The position numbers and the translations under genes were made by a program. A stretch of DNA of 64,000 bases from Pontiella sp. (GTDB lineage Bacteria; Verrucomicrobiota; Kiritimatiellia; Kiritimatiellales; Pontiellaceae), in contig JBNKHE010000009.1 in assembly GCA_050290185.1 (NCBI GenBank), forward strand, positions 64,001 to 128,000. The letters run 5' to 3'. Shown in pieces: positions 1 through 10,300 of the stretch (the stretch's first letter is position 1; every line of letters begins with the position of its first letter). The notes beneath the pieces are model-generated. The model was not told the DNA's origin, did no database searches, and saw only the letters and a program-made list of their open reading frames with translations.

Positions 1-257
1 AAGTGACCTATATTGTCGAGAACCTGAAAATTGCCAAGCGGCTGAGCGTCACCGACCTTTTCACAGGCATGGTTTCCCGTCAGGAGATTGTCTGTACTTT
101 CCTTGCGGTGCTTGAACTGATAAAACTGAACCGCATTGCCGCGGTGCAGGGCGATCATTTCGGCGAAATCGTGGTGGAGCCGCGCGAGCCGGAGCCGGAG
201 CAGATGGCCGTGGATGAGCCGGGCGAACCGGAGCCGGTGGAAGATCAGTTGTTTTAG
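1..257 (+). CDS. scpA: Segregation/condensation protein A, C-terminal part (5' end outside window)
   Basis: C-terminal motif IVCTFLAVLELIK...VQGDHFGEI; directly upstream of scpB. Confidence 0.85.
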   Translation, partial: VTYIVENLKIAKRLSVTDLFTGMVSRQEIVCTFLAVLELIKLNRIAAVQGDHFGEIVVEPREPEPEQMAVDEPGEPEPVEDQLF

Positions 258-271
258 GACGGAGCACGAAC

Positions 272-1024
272 ATGAGCGAAAGCACGGTAGATGTACTTCC
301 AGAACTGAAGCAGATTGTGGGGGCATTGCTGTTCGCGGCCAAAGAGCCGCTGACCGTGAAGCGCATCCGCAAGGCGATGATTGAAACCGGTAATGGATTT
401 TCCGGCCCCTACGAACAGTATGCCAAAGCAACGGATACGCAAATCGAGGGAGCGATCGAGCAGTTGCAGGAGGATCTGGATAAGGCCAAGCTGGGGCTCA
501 ACGTTGCGCTTGTGGCGGGGGCCTACCGCCTTCAGAACGACGCTTCCTGCGGACCTTTTGTCCGTGCCTTGCTCGAAAAAAACCAGGTGATGCGGCTTTC
601 CAAGCCGGCCCTTGAAACCCTGGCGATCGTGGCCTACCGCCAGCCGTGTCTGCGCTCGGAGATCGAGGAGGTGCGCGGGGTGTCGGTTGATGCCGTTTTG
701 CGCAAGCTCATTGATATGCAGCTGGTACGCGTGGTGCGCCGCAGCGAGCTTCCGGGCCGCCCGTGGCTGTTTGGAACAACCCAGAAGTTCCTTGAGCATT
801 TCGGTATCAACCAGATCGAGGATCTGCCCGGCAGTCAGGAACTGAAGCGAGCCATGCCGGTGAATGAAAAAAAGAAGAGCACTGAAACCTTCCCGAAAAT
901 GGAGGAGGAACTCAGCGAAAAAGCCGGTGACGACGGAGAGGCCGAAGCATCTGTTGCCGCGCTTGACGAGGAGATCCAGGGTAGTGAAAAGCCTGTGGAG
1001 GATGAGGAAAAAAATGAATCTTGA
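272..1024 (+). CDS. scpB: SMC-Scp complex subunit ScpB
   Basis: EALLF-like GALLFAA, LSKPALETLAIVAYRQP, RSEIEEVRGV, PGRPWLFGTTQKFLEHFG; GGAG RBS. Confidence 0.95.
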   Translation: MSESTVDVLPELKQIVGALLFAAKEPLTVKRIRKAMIETGNGFSGPYEQYAKATDTQIEGAIEQLQEDLDKAKLGLNVALVAGAYRLQNDASCGPFVRALLEKNQVMRLSKPALETLAIVAYRQPCLRSEIEEVRGVSVDAVLRKLIDMQLVRVVRRSELPGRPWLFGTTQKFLEHFGINQIEDLPGSQELKRAMPVNEKKKSTETFPKMEEELSEKAGDDGEAEASVAALDEEIQGSEKPVEDEEKNES

Positions 1025-2078
1025 CGACCTGAGAAACCAGATCGACTCGCTCGACTCTGAAATTGTCCGCCTGTTGAACGAGCGCATCAATGTGGTGCTT
1101 GAAATCGGCGAGGAAAAAAAGAAAAACGGCGCGGAAATCTATGTGCCGTCGCGTGAGCGACAGGTCTTTGAAAAAATCAAGAGCCTGAACGCCGGTCCGC
1201 TTCCGGAAGAGTCCGCCCACGCCATCTACCGCGAAATCATGTCGGCTGCGCTGGCACTGGAAACCGAAATGAAGATTGCCTATCTCGGTCCGGAGGCCAC
1301 CTTCACGCATCAGGCGGCGCGCGGCAAGTTCGGGGCCAGCGTCGAGTATCTGCCCGCCAGCACCATCAGCGAAGTGTTTGACCGGGTGCAAAACCGCACG
1401 GCCGATTATGGTGTCGTGCCGATCGAAAACTCCACCGAAGGCGCCGTAACGCATACCTTCGACCTGTTTGCCACGACGCCGCTCAAGATTTGCGCCGAAA
1501 TCTATCTCCCCATCTCGCAGACCCTACTGTCGAAATATCCGAGAGATGAAATCACGAAAATCTACAGTAAAGATGTTGCTTTTGGTCAGTGCCGCGGCTG
1601 GTTGCGGACCAATATGCCAAACGCCCAGCAGGAGGCGGTCGACAGCACGGCCCACGCCGTGCAACTGGCGCTGGAAAATCCTGGTACCGCCGCCATCGCC
1701 AGCTCCATGGCGTCCGACATGTACGATATCGAAGTCCTCGCCACGAACATTCAGGATATTCAGGGCAATACGACCCGATTCCTGGTCATTGGCCAGAAAT
1801 ACGGACCGGCCACAGGCAACGACAAAACCTCAATCGTCTTCGGCGTAAAGCACAAGGTTGGCGCGCTCTACGACGCACTTTCCGTCTTCAAGGCCGACAA
1901 CATCAACATGACCAAGATCGAATCGCGCCCCAGCAAGAACAAGGCATGGGAATATTATTTCTTCGTAGACATCGACGGTCACGCCAGCGACGAAAAAGTA
2001 GCTCGCGCGCTAGAAGACCTGCAAGAGCATTGTACCGTCATGACCATCCTTGGCTCCTATCCCAAGGCCGAACTGTAA
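1014..2078 (+). CDS. pheA: Chorismate mutase/prephenate dehydratase (P-protein)
   Basis: LDDLRNQIDSLD AroQ domain, IAYLGPEATFT, PIENSTEG, NTTRF, ACT domain MTKIESRPS; ATG at 1014 overlaps the scpB stop region. Confidence 0.95.
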   Translation: MNLDDLRNQIDSLDSEIVRLLNERINVVLEIGEEKKKNGAEIYVPSRERQVFEKIKSLNAGPLPEESAHAIYREIMSAALALETEMKIAYLGPEATFTHQAARGKFGASVEYLPASTISEVFDRVQNRTADYGVVPIENSTEGAVTHTFDLFATTPLKICAEIYLPISQTLLSKYPRDEITKIYSKDVAFGQCRGWLRTNMPNAQQEAVDSTAHAVQLALENPGTAAIASSMASDMYDIEVLATNIQDIQGNTTRFLVIGQKYGPATGNDKTSIVFGVKHKVGALYDALSVFKADNINMTKIESRPSKNKAWEYYFFVDIDGHASDEKVARALEDLQEHCTVMTILGSYPKAEL

Positions 2079-2093
2079 TCCGGTTTCTTTGGC

Positions 2094-3197
2094 ATGACGA
2101 CCTCTCTTGATCCCCGCGAAATGGAACTGCTGCGGGAGGTGGTATCGCTCCCGACCGCGCCGTTCCATGAGAAACGGGTGCAGGCGTATATCCGGGCCTG
2201 GGCGGAGTCCAACGGAATCGATTGTACGCAGGATCCGGATGGCAACATCCTGCTGTGCTACCCGGGCAAGGGCCGCCGGCCAAAAAAACCGTGGGTGTTG
2301 CAGGCCCACATGGACCATCCTGGATTCTCTTTCATCAAGCGGCGCGGCCGCATTGCCCAGGCCTGGTTCCGGGGCGGTGTGCTCAAGGACTATTTCGCGG
2401 GCTCCCGCATGTGCTTCCATCCCGAAGGCCATGACGCGGTTCGCGGAACCGTACGCTCCGTCCGGCGCGACAAGGAAACCGGGTTTCTGCGTTGCCGGAT
2501 TGAACTGGATCAGAACGCCGACCTCGAGGAGGGCACGCTTGGGATGTGGGACCTTCCGTGCTGGCGCAAGCGCGGCGACATGCTGTCGCTTCGGGTTGCC
2601 GACGATTTGTGCGGCGCGGCGAGCATACTGTTGACGCTGGCGCGTTTAAAGCGCGCGGGTTCCGGACGAACAACGTATGGGCTGTTGACCCGTGCTGAAG
2701 AAGTCGGTTTTGTCGGGGCTATTTCCGCGGCCAAGCATGGGCTGGTTGATCCGGCCTGGCCGGTGTTGGGCATCGAAATGTCCAAGGAGCAACCCAATGC
2801 CAGGCTGGGTGGCGGGGCTGTAATTCGCGTTGGCGACGCACTGACGGTCTTTGACCCGGCTCTGACCGCGCTCATGCGGCAGACCGCCCGTGACTTGGAA
2901 AAGAATAAGCGGACATCGCACCTGAAGTATGTCTCTTCGCTCATGCCCGGCGGCAGTACCGAATCCACGGGACTGGCCCAAATGGGGTATCAAACGTGTG
3001 CCGTCTGCCTGCCGCTCGGAAACTACCACAACATGGGTGGAAACTCGATCGCGCCCGAAAAAATCAATCTGCGGGATTTCGAAGCCCTTCTGGCATTGCT
3101 GGCCGAAGTGGCGCAGCGCGATCCGGATTCCGCCTGTGGCGGCGGATTGAAACAGCGCCTGCTGGAAAATCACCGCAAGTGCTCGTCCTTGCTGTGA
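2094..3197 (+). CDS. M20/M28/M42-clan metallopeptidase
   Basis: AHMDHPGF, ADDLCG, RAEEVGF, GNYHN metal-ligand motifs. Confidence 0.75.
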   Translation: MTTSLDPREMELLREVVSLPTAPFHEKRVQAYIRAWAESNGIDCTQDPDGNILLCYPGKGRRPKKPWVLQAHMDHPGFSFIKRRGRIAQAWFRGGVLKDYFAGSRMCFHPEGHDAVRGTVRSVRRDKETGFLRCRIELDQNADLEEGTLGMWDLPCWRKRGDMLSLRVADDLCGAASILLTLARLKRAGSGRTTYGLLTRAEEVGFVGAISAAKHGLVDPAWPVLGIEMSKEQPNARLGGGAVIRVGDALTVFDPALTALMRQTARDLEKNKRTSHLKYVSSLMPGGSTESTGLAQMGYQTCAVCLPLGNYHNMGGNSIAPEKINLRDFEALLALLAEVAQRDPDSACGGGLKQRLLENHRKCSSLL

Positions 3198-3685
3198 TCC
3201 CGCTTAGGATAGTCGAAGTCCAACAGTGTGGCGGGACAGGTACCGGCATTTTTCCAGGAATCTGTTATTAGCTCAAGGGTGGCCACGCCGCAGGTTGGCA
3301 TGCCTCCGATCCGTTCCCCGGATAGCAAGTCGGCTAGCCAGCTCATGGAAGGGTTGTGGCCGACAAGCATCGCTGAATCGAACCGGTCCGACACATTATG
3401 GATAATGTTCATCAGGGTCTCAGGGGCAGCTTCGTAGATGCGATCGTTGAACAGTACTGATTCCATCGCTACGCAGATTTCAGTGGCCAGCCGTTCGGCC
3501 GTTTGGCGGGCGCGCATGGCGGGGCTGCTGATAATGATATCAGGAGAGAGGGACCGCTTTCGTAGCTGGCATCCCATCTCCGGTGCATCGCGCAGTCCAC
3601 GCTTGTTGAGCGGGCGGTCGAAGTCGGAGAGGTGGTTGTGCCAATCCGAGTTGGCGTGGCGCACGAGATAGAGCGTTTTAGCCAT
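3170..3685 (-). CDS. sixA: Histidine phosphatase, SixA family
   Basis: LYLVRHA, DFDRPLNKRG, SSPAMRARQTA, LVGHNP. Confidence 0.85.
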   Translation of the reverse strand: MAKTLYLVRHANSDWHNHLSDFDRPLNKRGLRDAPEMGCQLRKRSLSPDIIISSPAMRARQTAERLATEICVAMESVLFNDRIYEAAPETLMNIIHNVSDRFDSAMLVGHNPSMSWLADLLSGERIGGMPTCGVATLELITDSWKNAGTCPATLLDFDYPKRDHSKDEHLR

Positions 3686-4067
3686 TCAATGCTCCGAAAG
3701 AGTATGGCAGCAGCTCGCCGAGAGTGATTGTTTCGCATCCATTGGCGTTGGCTACATAAACGGGTAAGTCGGCGGAACAGAATTCTGCCAGCACCTGACG
3801 GCAGGCTCCACAGGGAACGGGAGTCGGTTCGCCGGAGGCGGCAATGGCGATCGCCTTGAAGGTCGTTTGACCTGTAGCAACGGCGGAAAAAACCGCGGTA
3901 CGTTCGGCGCAGTTGGTCAGGCCGTAGGAGGCGTTTTCCACGTTGCAGCCGGTGAAGACGGTTCCATCTTCGCACAGCAGGGCCGCTCCAACCTTGTAGT
4001 TGGAGTAGGGCGCATGCGCATGGTCCAGCGCCTTGCGGGCGGCGTCAACCAGTTCAGCGGGATTCAT
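3678..4067 (-). CDS. cdd: Cytidine deaminase
   Basis: APYSNYKVGAA, GCNVENASYG, CAERTA, PCGACRQ. Confidence 0.95.
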   Translation of the reverse strand: MNPAELVDAARKALDHAHAPYSNYKVGAALLCEDGTVFTGCNVENASYGLTNCAERTAVFSAVATGQTTFKAIAIAASGEPTPVPCGACRQVLAEFCSADLPVYVANANGCETITLGELLPYSFGALNG

Positions 4068-4881
4068 GGGCCAGCTCCTCCAGGAAGGTTTCGATGGTTT
4101 TTTTCATGCGGGGCATGGTTTTGGCGGCCGTTTCGTTAACATCCTCGTGGGTGAGTTTCGTCGGGCTGATGCCCGCCGCCCAGTTGCAGATGCAGGAGAG
4201 ACCGGCCACGCGCATGCCGAGTGCGTTGGCCACGATGGCTTCGGGGACCGTTGACATGCCGACGGCATCGGCGCCCATGGCGGCGAACATCTTGATTTCC
4301 GCGGGGGTTTCGAAGGTGGGGCCCGTGGTGGCAATGTAGGTGCCGGTGGCGTCGGCCCCGGCATTCATGAGTTTATGCCATAGTTCTTTGGTGTAGACTT
4401 CCGACTGGTCGGGGAAGCGGGTGCCAAGATTGGAGTTGTGAGGACCGATCAGCGGGTTGGATCCGAGCATGTTGATGTGGTCTTCAATCGCCATGAGCGA
4501 CCCCGGCGGCAGGTTGGTGCTGATGCCTCCGGCGGCATTGGTCAGCAGGATGGTATCGGCGCCGAACGCATGCAACAGGTAGACGGGTAAAATAACCGGG
4601 GTCCAACCCGCCCCTTCGTACCAGTGGCGCCGGCCTTGGAAGATAAACAGTTCCATGCCGCCGATGGCTACGAGGCGAATCTTGCCGGCGTGTCCCATGA
4701 CGCCGGTGATTCCAAGTCCAGGAATGTCGGCATAAGGGATTTCAGGGCCTTCGAAGTTTGCCGCGGCTTCACCCCAGCCGGAACCGAGAACAAGGCCGCA
4801 TAGGGGGGTGGCATCCGGCCAGGCCTGCTTTAGGAAGGCGACGGCCTTGTCGAGGACGGACTGGTTGATTTGTATATCCAT
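4054..4881 (-). CDS. punA: Purine nucleoside phosphorylase (trimeric PNP family)
   Basis: LVLGSG, GHAG, QGRRHWYEG, LTNAAGG, GPTFETPAE, VGMSTVPE. Confidence 0.9.
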   Translation of the reverse strand: MDIQINQSVLDKAVAFLKQAWPDATPLCGLVLGSGWGEAAANFEGPEIPYADIPGLGITGVMGHAGKIRLVAIGGMELFIFQGRRHWYEGAGWTPVILPVYLLHAFGADTILLTNAAGGISTNLPPGSLMAIEDHINMLGSNPLIGPHNSNLGTRFPDQSEVYTKELWHKLMNAGADATGTYIATTGPTFETPAEIKMFAAMGADAVGMSTVPEAIVANALGMRVAGLSCICNWAAGISPTKLTHEDVNETAAKTMPRMKKTIETFLEELAHESR

Positions 4882-4929
4882 GCCCAAAGCTTAGTTGGCC
4901 AGCGGATGCGAATCAACATCTAGTCGGGT

Positions 4930-5760
4930 TTAATGGGTGGTGTTGCTTCCCAACATCATGATAGCGGCGACGAGGACCAGTACGACCACGATGGCGCGCA
5001 GGAACAGCTCCGGCATTTTCACGGAAAGTTTACTCCCATAATAGACCCCGGACAGCGATCCCACCGCCATGATGATGGCGGTGGTGTAATCCTGTGCCCC
5101 GCGGGTCCCATAGATCAGCGCGGTAATCATGGTAAGGATGAAGGCGATGAATATAGCCGTGCCGACCGTGCGCGAGGTAGCCAGATCGAAAAGGATGATC
5201 AGGAGAGGCACAATCAGCACGCCGCCGCCAATGGAGGTGGCGCCAATAAGTCCGCCGCAAATGGCGCCCAGCAGGATGCACAGTTCGATGCGAACCACCT
5301 TTTTTTCCTGGATGTGTTCGGCAAGTTCTCGTTCCTTTTCGACCACTTTCGGCCGGGCCCGGGTAATCATGTTGAACACCATCATGAACACAGAGAAGAA
5401 GACGACACCGACGATGAAGCGCATCAGGACGCGTTTGAAATGGAGATCCTCTCCCTGGCTGCTGACCCATATCGCCGTGATGATATTGGCCGGTACAGCC
5501 CCTATGAGAAAACGTGTGGAGATGCTCCAGTCGATGGTTTTCAGTTTGCAGTGATGTATTGTGGCCGTGATCTTGGTCAGGAACGCGTACAGTGTGGTGG
5601 TTCCGACTGCGGTGATCGGATCAATGCGCAGGATCAGGGTCAGCGCCGGCAGGACCAGTACACCTCCCCCGACGCCGGTCAGCCCGATGCAAAACCCGAT
5701 GACCGTGCCGAGCATAAGACGCAGGACTATTTCCGTTATGGATAGGTCGAAGATTTCCAT
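4930..5760 (-). CDS. TauE/SafE (sulfite exporter) family membrane protein
   Basis: Two repeats GLTGVGGGVLVLP / GATSIGGGVLIVP, multiple TM segments. Confidence 0.85.
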   Translation of the reverse strand: MEIFDLSITEIVLRLMLGTVIGFCIGLTGVGGGVLVLPALTLILRIDPITAVGTTTLYAFLTKITATIHHCKLKTIDWSISTRFLIGAVPANIITAIWVSSQGEDLHFKRVLMRFIVGVVFFSVFMMVFNMITRARPKVVEKERELAEHIQEKKVVRIELCILLGAICGGLIGATSIGGGVLIVPLLIILFDLATSRTVGTAIFIAFILTMITALIYGTRGAQDYTTAIIMAVGSLSGVYYGSKLSVKMPELFLRAIVVVLVLVAAIMMLGSNTTH

Positions 5761-5814
5761 TTATTCATCCCAAAAGGAAAGGAGAGTAGCGGTCAAACGG
5801 AGGCTGTGCCAATC

Positions 5815-6999
5815 CTATTGTGATGCCAGTCGAGCGATGTTGAGCAGGACTGTGCAGACCGTCAGGTATTCCCTGATATCCACGTATTCCTCCAACTGGT
5901 GGAACTTGTGCGAGCCTGTTCCGAGGGTGACGGTTGGCAGCCCTTTTTCGTTGAAGTTATTGGCGTCGAGCCCGGCATCCATCACCAGCGGGTTGGGTTT
6001 CAGTCCCGCGCCTTCGACGGCTTTTCCGGCGATCTTTACGCAGGTTTCCGATTTGTTCAATCGGAACGCATTGTAGTCGCTGACGGTGGAGAATTTGACC
6101 GAGCCAGATTTGCCGGCATCGTTGATCACCGACTTGGCAGCCCACTCAAAACTGGTTTTATGGATCCTGATGATCTGCTTCAGAAACGCAGGGCTGTGGC
6201 TGCGGCATTCGCCGGTCATCATGACCCGATCCATGACCTGGTTGTTGGCTTCGCCTCCGTGCATGGTGCCTAGGTTGGATGTGCCCTTGCGATTGCCTTT
6301 CTGGATACGGCCGAAATATCCTTGTTCGGAAATGCGGGCCAACGCCTTTGAGGCAATCAAACCGGCGGAAATTCCTTTTTCCGGCTCCAATCCCGCATGG
6401 ACGGATAGGCCTTTTATTTCGGCCTGCCAGCGCACGGCGCTCATTGCACCGATCACCAGTTCGTTGGGGAATTGTCCGTCGAGATTGAAGCCCATCACGG
6501 GATTGCCGAGATCCTTGAAACGCACCATGCGCGAGCCATGCAGACCATTTTCTTCGGCGATTGGAAAAAGCAAGGTGATCGGCGGGTGGGGGATTTTGTT
6601 TTTCAGGAGGGTTTCAACCATGGTGACGATCGCCGCGCAGCCGGAGCGGTCGTCGCCGCCGAGGCCGGTCTTCCCTTTTGGTACCACGCGGTTGCCCTTC
6701 ACGACCGGAACTGCTCCTTTGCAAAGCGGCACTGTGTCCATGTGCGCCGAAAACATAATGCGCGGTGCCGTCTTGACCGTTCCCGGCAGTTGGACGATCA
6801 GGTTGCCCGTTTCATAGCCTTCGCCCAAACGCGCTTGCGCATCGTCGGTCTTGATCCACGCCTTTTTGCAGCCGGCGGCAACGAGTTTTTGCGTGATGGC
6901 TTCGGCGACTTTTGATTCCCGTCCGGTCGGGCCTTCTACGGAAAGCAGATCAAGCAAGTGGGTAAGTGCGCGGTCTTTGTTAACCAGTGATGATTTCAT
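5815..6999 (-). CDS. M20 family peptidase T-like metallohydrolase
   Basis: SAHMDTVP, GGDDRSG, AEENG, HAG.EPEKGIS, GECRSH, DANNFN, HQLEE. Confidence 0.85.
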   Translation of the reverse strand: MKSSLVNKDRALTHLLDLLSVEGPTGRESKVAEAITQKLVAAGCKKAWIKTDDAQARLGEGYETGNLIVQLPGTVKTAPRIMFSAHMDTVPLCKGAVPVVKGNRVVPKGKTGLGGDDRSGCAAIVTMVETLLKNKIPHPPITLLFPIAEENGLHGSRMVRFKDLGNPVMGFNLDGQFPNELVIGAMSAVRWQAEIKGLSVHAGLEPEKGISAGLIASKALARISEQGYFGRIQKGNRKGTSNLGTMHGGEANNQVMDRVMMTGECRSHSPAFLKQIIRIHKTSFEWAAKSVINDAGKSGSVKFSTVSDYNAFRLNKSETCVKIAGKAVEGAGLKPNPLVMDAGLDANNFNEKGLPTVTLGTGSHKFHQLEEYVDIREYLTVCTVLLNIARLASQ

Positions 7000-7274
7000 A
7001 AACGAGTTCTTTCGGTTCGTTGGGTTCTCCCGATGCTTCGAAGGCGTGAACTCTTTTGGGTGAAAGTGTCATGCCATCGTATTGCTTCTCAATAATCCAC
7101 GGGGAATGCATGCTAACGAGGATACGCATTGTGCCGGAGGAATGGCAACGTCAATTCGCCGCTTACAAGCTTGTGGAACCTTAAATTCCAGCCCGCCTCC
7201 GGTCGGGAGCTGCTGAGCGGGTAGCGCCGTGTGTTGAGTTTCTGATCCGGTGCATAAGAAGTGTTTGTCGACCA

Positions 7275-7290
7275 TGGCATTCAAAATGCT
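7275..7290 (+). promoter_or_regulatory. Possible sigma-54 -24/-12 promoter upstream of the histidine kinase
   Basis: TGGCATTCAAAATGCT has GG-N10-GC spacing, about 95 bp before the ATG. Confidence 0.3.
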
Positions 7291-7382
7291 CTTATGTACA
7301 TTTACGGATCTGATGCGAGTGAGTTCAGGCCGGAGACGCGGACTGCATTTAGCGGGAGCTGGCTTTAGTGTGAAGGAGATCT

Positions 7383-10300
7383 ATGGGCGATAAGGATCAA
7401 TTTTCAGCCGAGCTGCAAGAGCTGCGCGAGCGCGCCGAATGGCGGTTAACGCCAAACGGCAAGCGGGATATCGAGCGGATGTCGATCGAGGATATCGCGA
7501 AAGTCCTTCATGAACTGGAAACGCGCCAGATTGAACTGGCGCTGCAGAATAAAGAATTGCAGCGGACCCATGGCCAGCTAATTGAGACGAGCGATCAGTA
7601 CACCCATCTCCCCGAGCAAAAGCAGGCGGAGAAGGCGCTGCGGGAGAGCAAGTCCTTCCTTCGTGGCTTGATCAACGCGATCCCCGACCCGGTTTTGTTG
7701 AAAGATCCGGAGGGGGTCTTTCTGGCCTGCAATTCGGCGTTCGCGCACCTGTATGGTGTAAAAGAAACAGAGGTTTGCGGTAAGACCGATTACGATTTTG
7801 TTGACAAGGACGCGGCGGACTTTTTCCGCGCCAACGACCGTAAGGCCATTGCGGTCGGTGCCAGCATAAACGAAGAGCACCTGATCTTTACAGATGGCAG
7901 CTACGAGGGCGACTATGAAGTCCTCAAGTCCCCGATGCGGGATCTGGAAGGTAATCTCATTGGGGTGCTGGGCATCGCCCGCGACATCACCGACCGCAAG
8001 CGTGCGGAAGCGATGGCCCAGGAGAGCGAGAGCCGCTTGCGGGAAGCTCAGAGGATGGCACAACTGGGAAGCTGGAAATGGGATATCAAGACCGGTGATG
8101 TCGAATGGTCCGATGAATTATTCAACATCTTCCATCTCGACCCTAAAGAGTTTACCCCGAAAATCGATTCCATCCTGGCGTTGTCTCCCTGGCCCGAAGA
8201 TCATGAGCGTAACAATGAGTTGATCAAACGCGCGACGGAAAACCATGAACAGGGGTCATACGAACAGAGGTTCCTTCTTCCGGATAAGAGCATTGGTTAT
8301 TACTTCTCAACATTCCGGGGAATCTATGACGACGACGGGGCTCTCGTTTCCATGATTGGAACCGCACAGGACATCACCGAGCGCAAGCGGGCGGAACAGG
8401 CGCTGCGGGAGAGCGAGGAAAGGTATCGGGAGCTTTTCGAAAGCTCCCGCGATGCCATCATGACCATTGCGCCCCCTTCCTGGAAGTTCACGTCAGCAAA
8501 TGCTTCCGCCGTGAAGATGTTCAGGGCTCAGAATGAGGCGGATCTTATGACCTATGGGCCGTTGGAATTATCGCCCGAAAAGCAGCCGGACGGGCGCGCG
8601 TCCAGCGATATGGCCCCGGGAATTCTCGAAACAGCCATGCGCGAAGGTTCCGTCTTTTTCGAGTGGAACCAACGACGCATCGACGGCGAAGAATTTTCCG
8701 CCACCGTGCTTCTCAGCAGGGTGGGTTCCGGAGAAGGGGCGTTCCTTCAGGCAACCGTCCGCGACGTCACCGAGCGCAAGCAGGCGGAGGCTGCGGTTGC
8801 CCAGGAACAGAAACGGCTCAAGTTTATTTTCGAGGCCCTGCCCGTTGGCATATGCTTGAATCGGATCCATGGCGATGGGAGCGTATTCCACTTGATCAAT
8901 GAGGCCCACCTGCAGATTGCCGGCATCCGGCGCGAAGAGGACGAGCCGGAGATCTGGAGGCAGATCACTCATCCCGACGACCGCGACCAGCGGCAGTTTT
9001 TTTTAAAGCAGATGGACGAGGGGGAAATAAGTTCTTTCTCGATGGATAAGCGCTATGTCCATCCGGATGGACGGAATATATGGGTCGAGTTTACTGCACA
9101 GCGGCGAAAACTGGACAACGGAGGCTACGAGGATTTATGTACTGTGGTGGACATCACCGAGCGCAAGCGTGCTGAGGCGCTGGTACGGGCGAGCGAGAGC
9201 CGGCTGCGGGATGCTCAGAGGATTAGTCACCTAGGCGATTGGGAACTCGACCTCGAGACCGCAATGTTTACCTTTTCGGAGGAGATGAACCGTCTCTGCG
9301 AGCGCGATCCCATGGCCGGACCGTGCCCGCTTGCGGAAGCCATGGAGCTGTTTTTCGAGCAGGATGCCGTTGCCGCGCGCCAGTATATGCAGCGTGCGGT
9401 CGAAACGGGGGAAGGCTGGGAGCATGAACACCGCGCTTGCCTGCCCAGTGGTAGAGAAGCCTGGTTCCGTGGCACCGGCAAGGCCGTCAAAGACAACTCG
9501 GGCAAGGTGGTCAGGCTTCAGGGTACCTCGCAGGACATCACCGAGCGCAAGGAAGCGGAGGCGGAACGGCAGCGACTGGAAAGGCAGTTGCGCGAGGGGC
9601 AGCGGCTGGCCTCGATCGGTGTGCTGGCCGGCGGGATCGGGCACGAATTCAACAATATCCTGCAAACCATTACGGGCTATTGCGAGATTATGCTCATGGA
9701 AATAGAGGCCCAATCCACTCATCGCCAGACTATCCTCGAAATCGAGGCGGCGGCCAGCCATGCCGGGGAACTGACCCGGGAGTTGCTGGCCTTCAGCCGG
9801 CAAGGGTCGTTGGAGTGCGAGGTGGTGGATCTCAGTGGGGTACTCCGCGACGGCGAATCCCTGCTGCTGCAGGCGCTGGATGAAACCACCCACCTGAAAC
9901 TGGAGCTGGATCCTCAGCTGAAGCCGGTTTTTGCTGACGCCGCTCATATCCGGGAGGTGGTCATGAATCTGGTCGCCAATGCCCGCGATGCCATGTCGGA
10001 CGGAGGGACCGTGACCCTTTCCACGATGAACCGGACGATCACCGAAGAGGATCTTCCCGGACTGTCCAACGCCAAGGCGGGCTCGTTTGCTTGCTTCTCC
10101 GTGGCGGATACCGGTTGCGGGATGAACAGAGAACAGTTGGCGCATATGTTTGATCCGTTTTACACCACCAAGCCGGTGGGCAAGGGATCCGGGCTGGGGC
10201 TCGCCACCGTCTATGGTATTGTGCAGGAACACAACGGATGGGTGTCGGTCGCCAGCGAGCCCGGCCAGGGATCTGTATTCACGGTCTTCCTGCCGGTCCT

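Noticed and set aside
6980..7129. 49-codon minus-strand ORF overlapping the peptidase start
   Set aside because: No RBS or motif support; compatible with chance
7980..9560. Regularly spaced 18-nt repeats (GACATCACCGAGCGCAAG) resembling a CRISPR array
   Set aside because: They are in-frame DITERK ends of PAS/PAC domains about 390 bp apart; no cas genes
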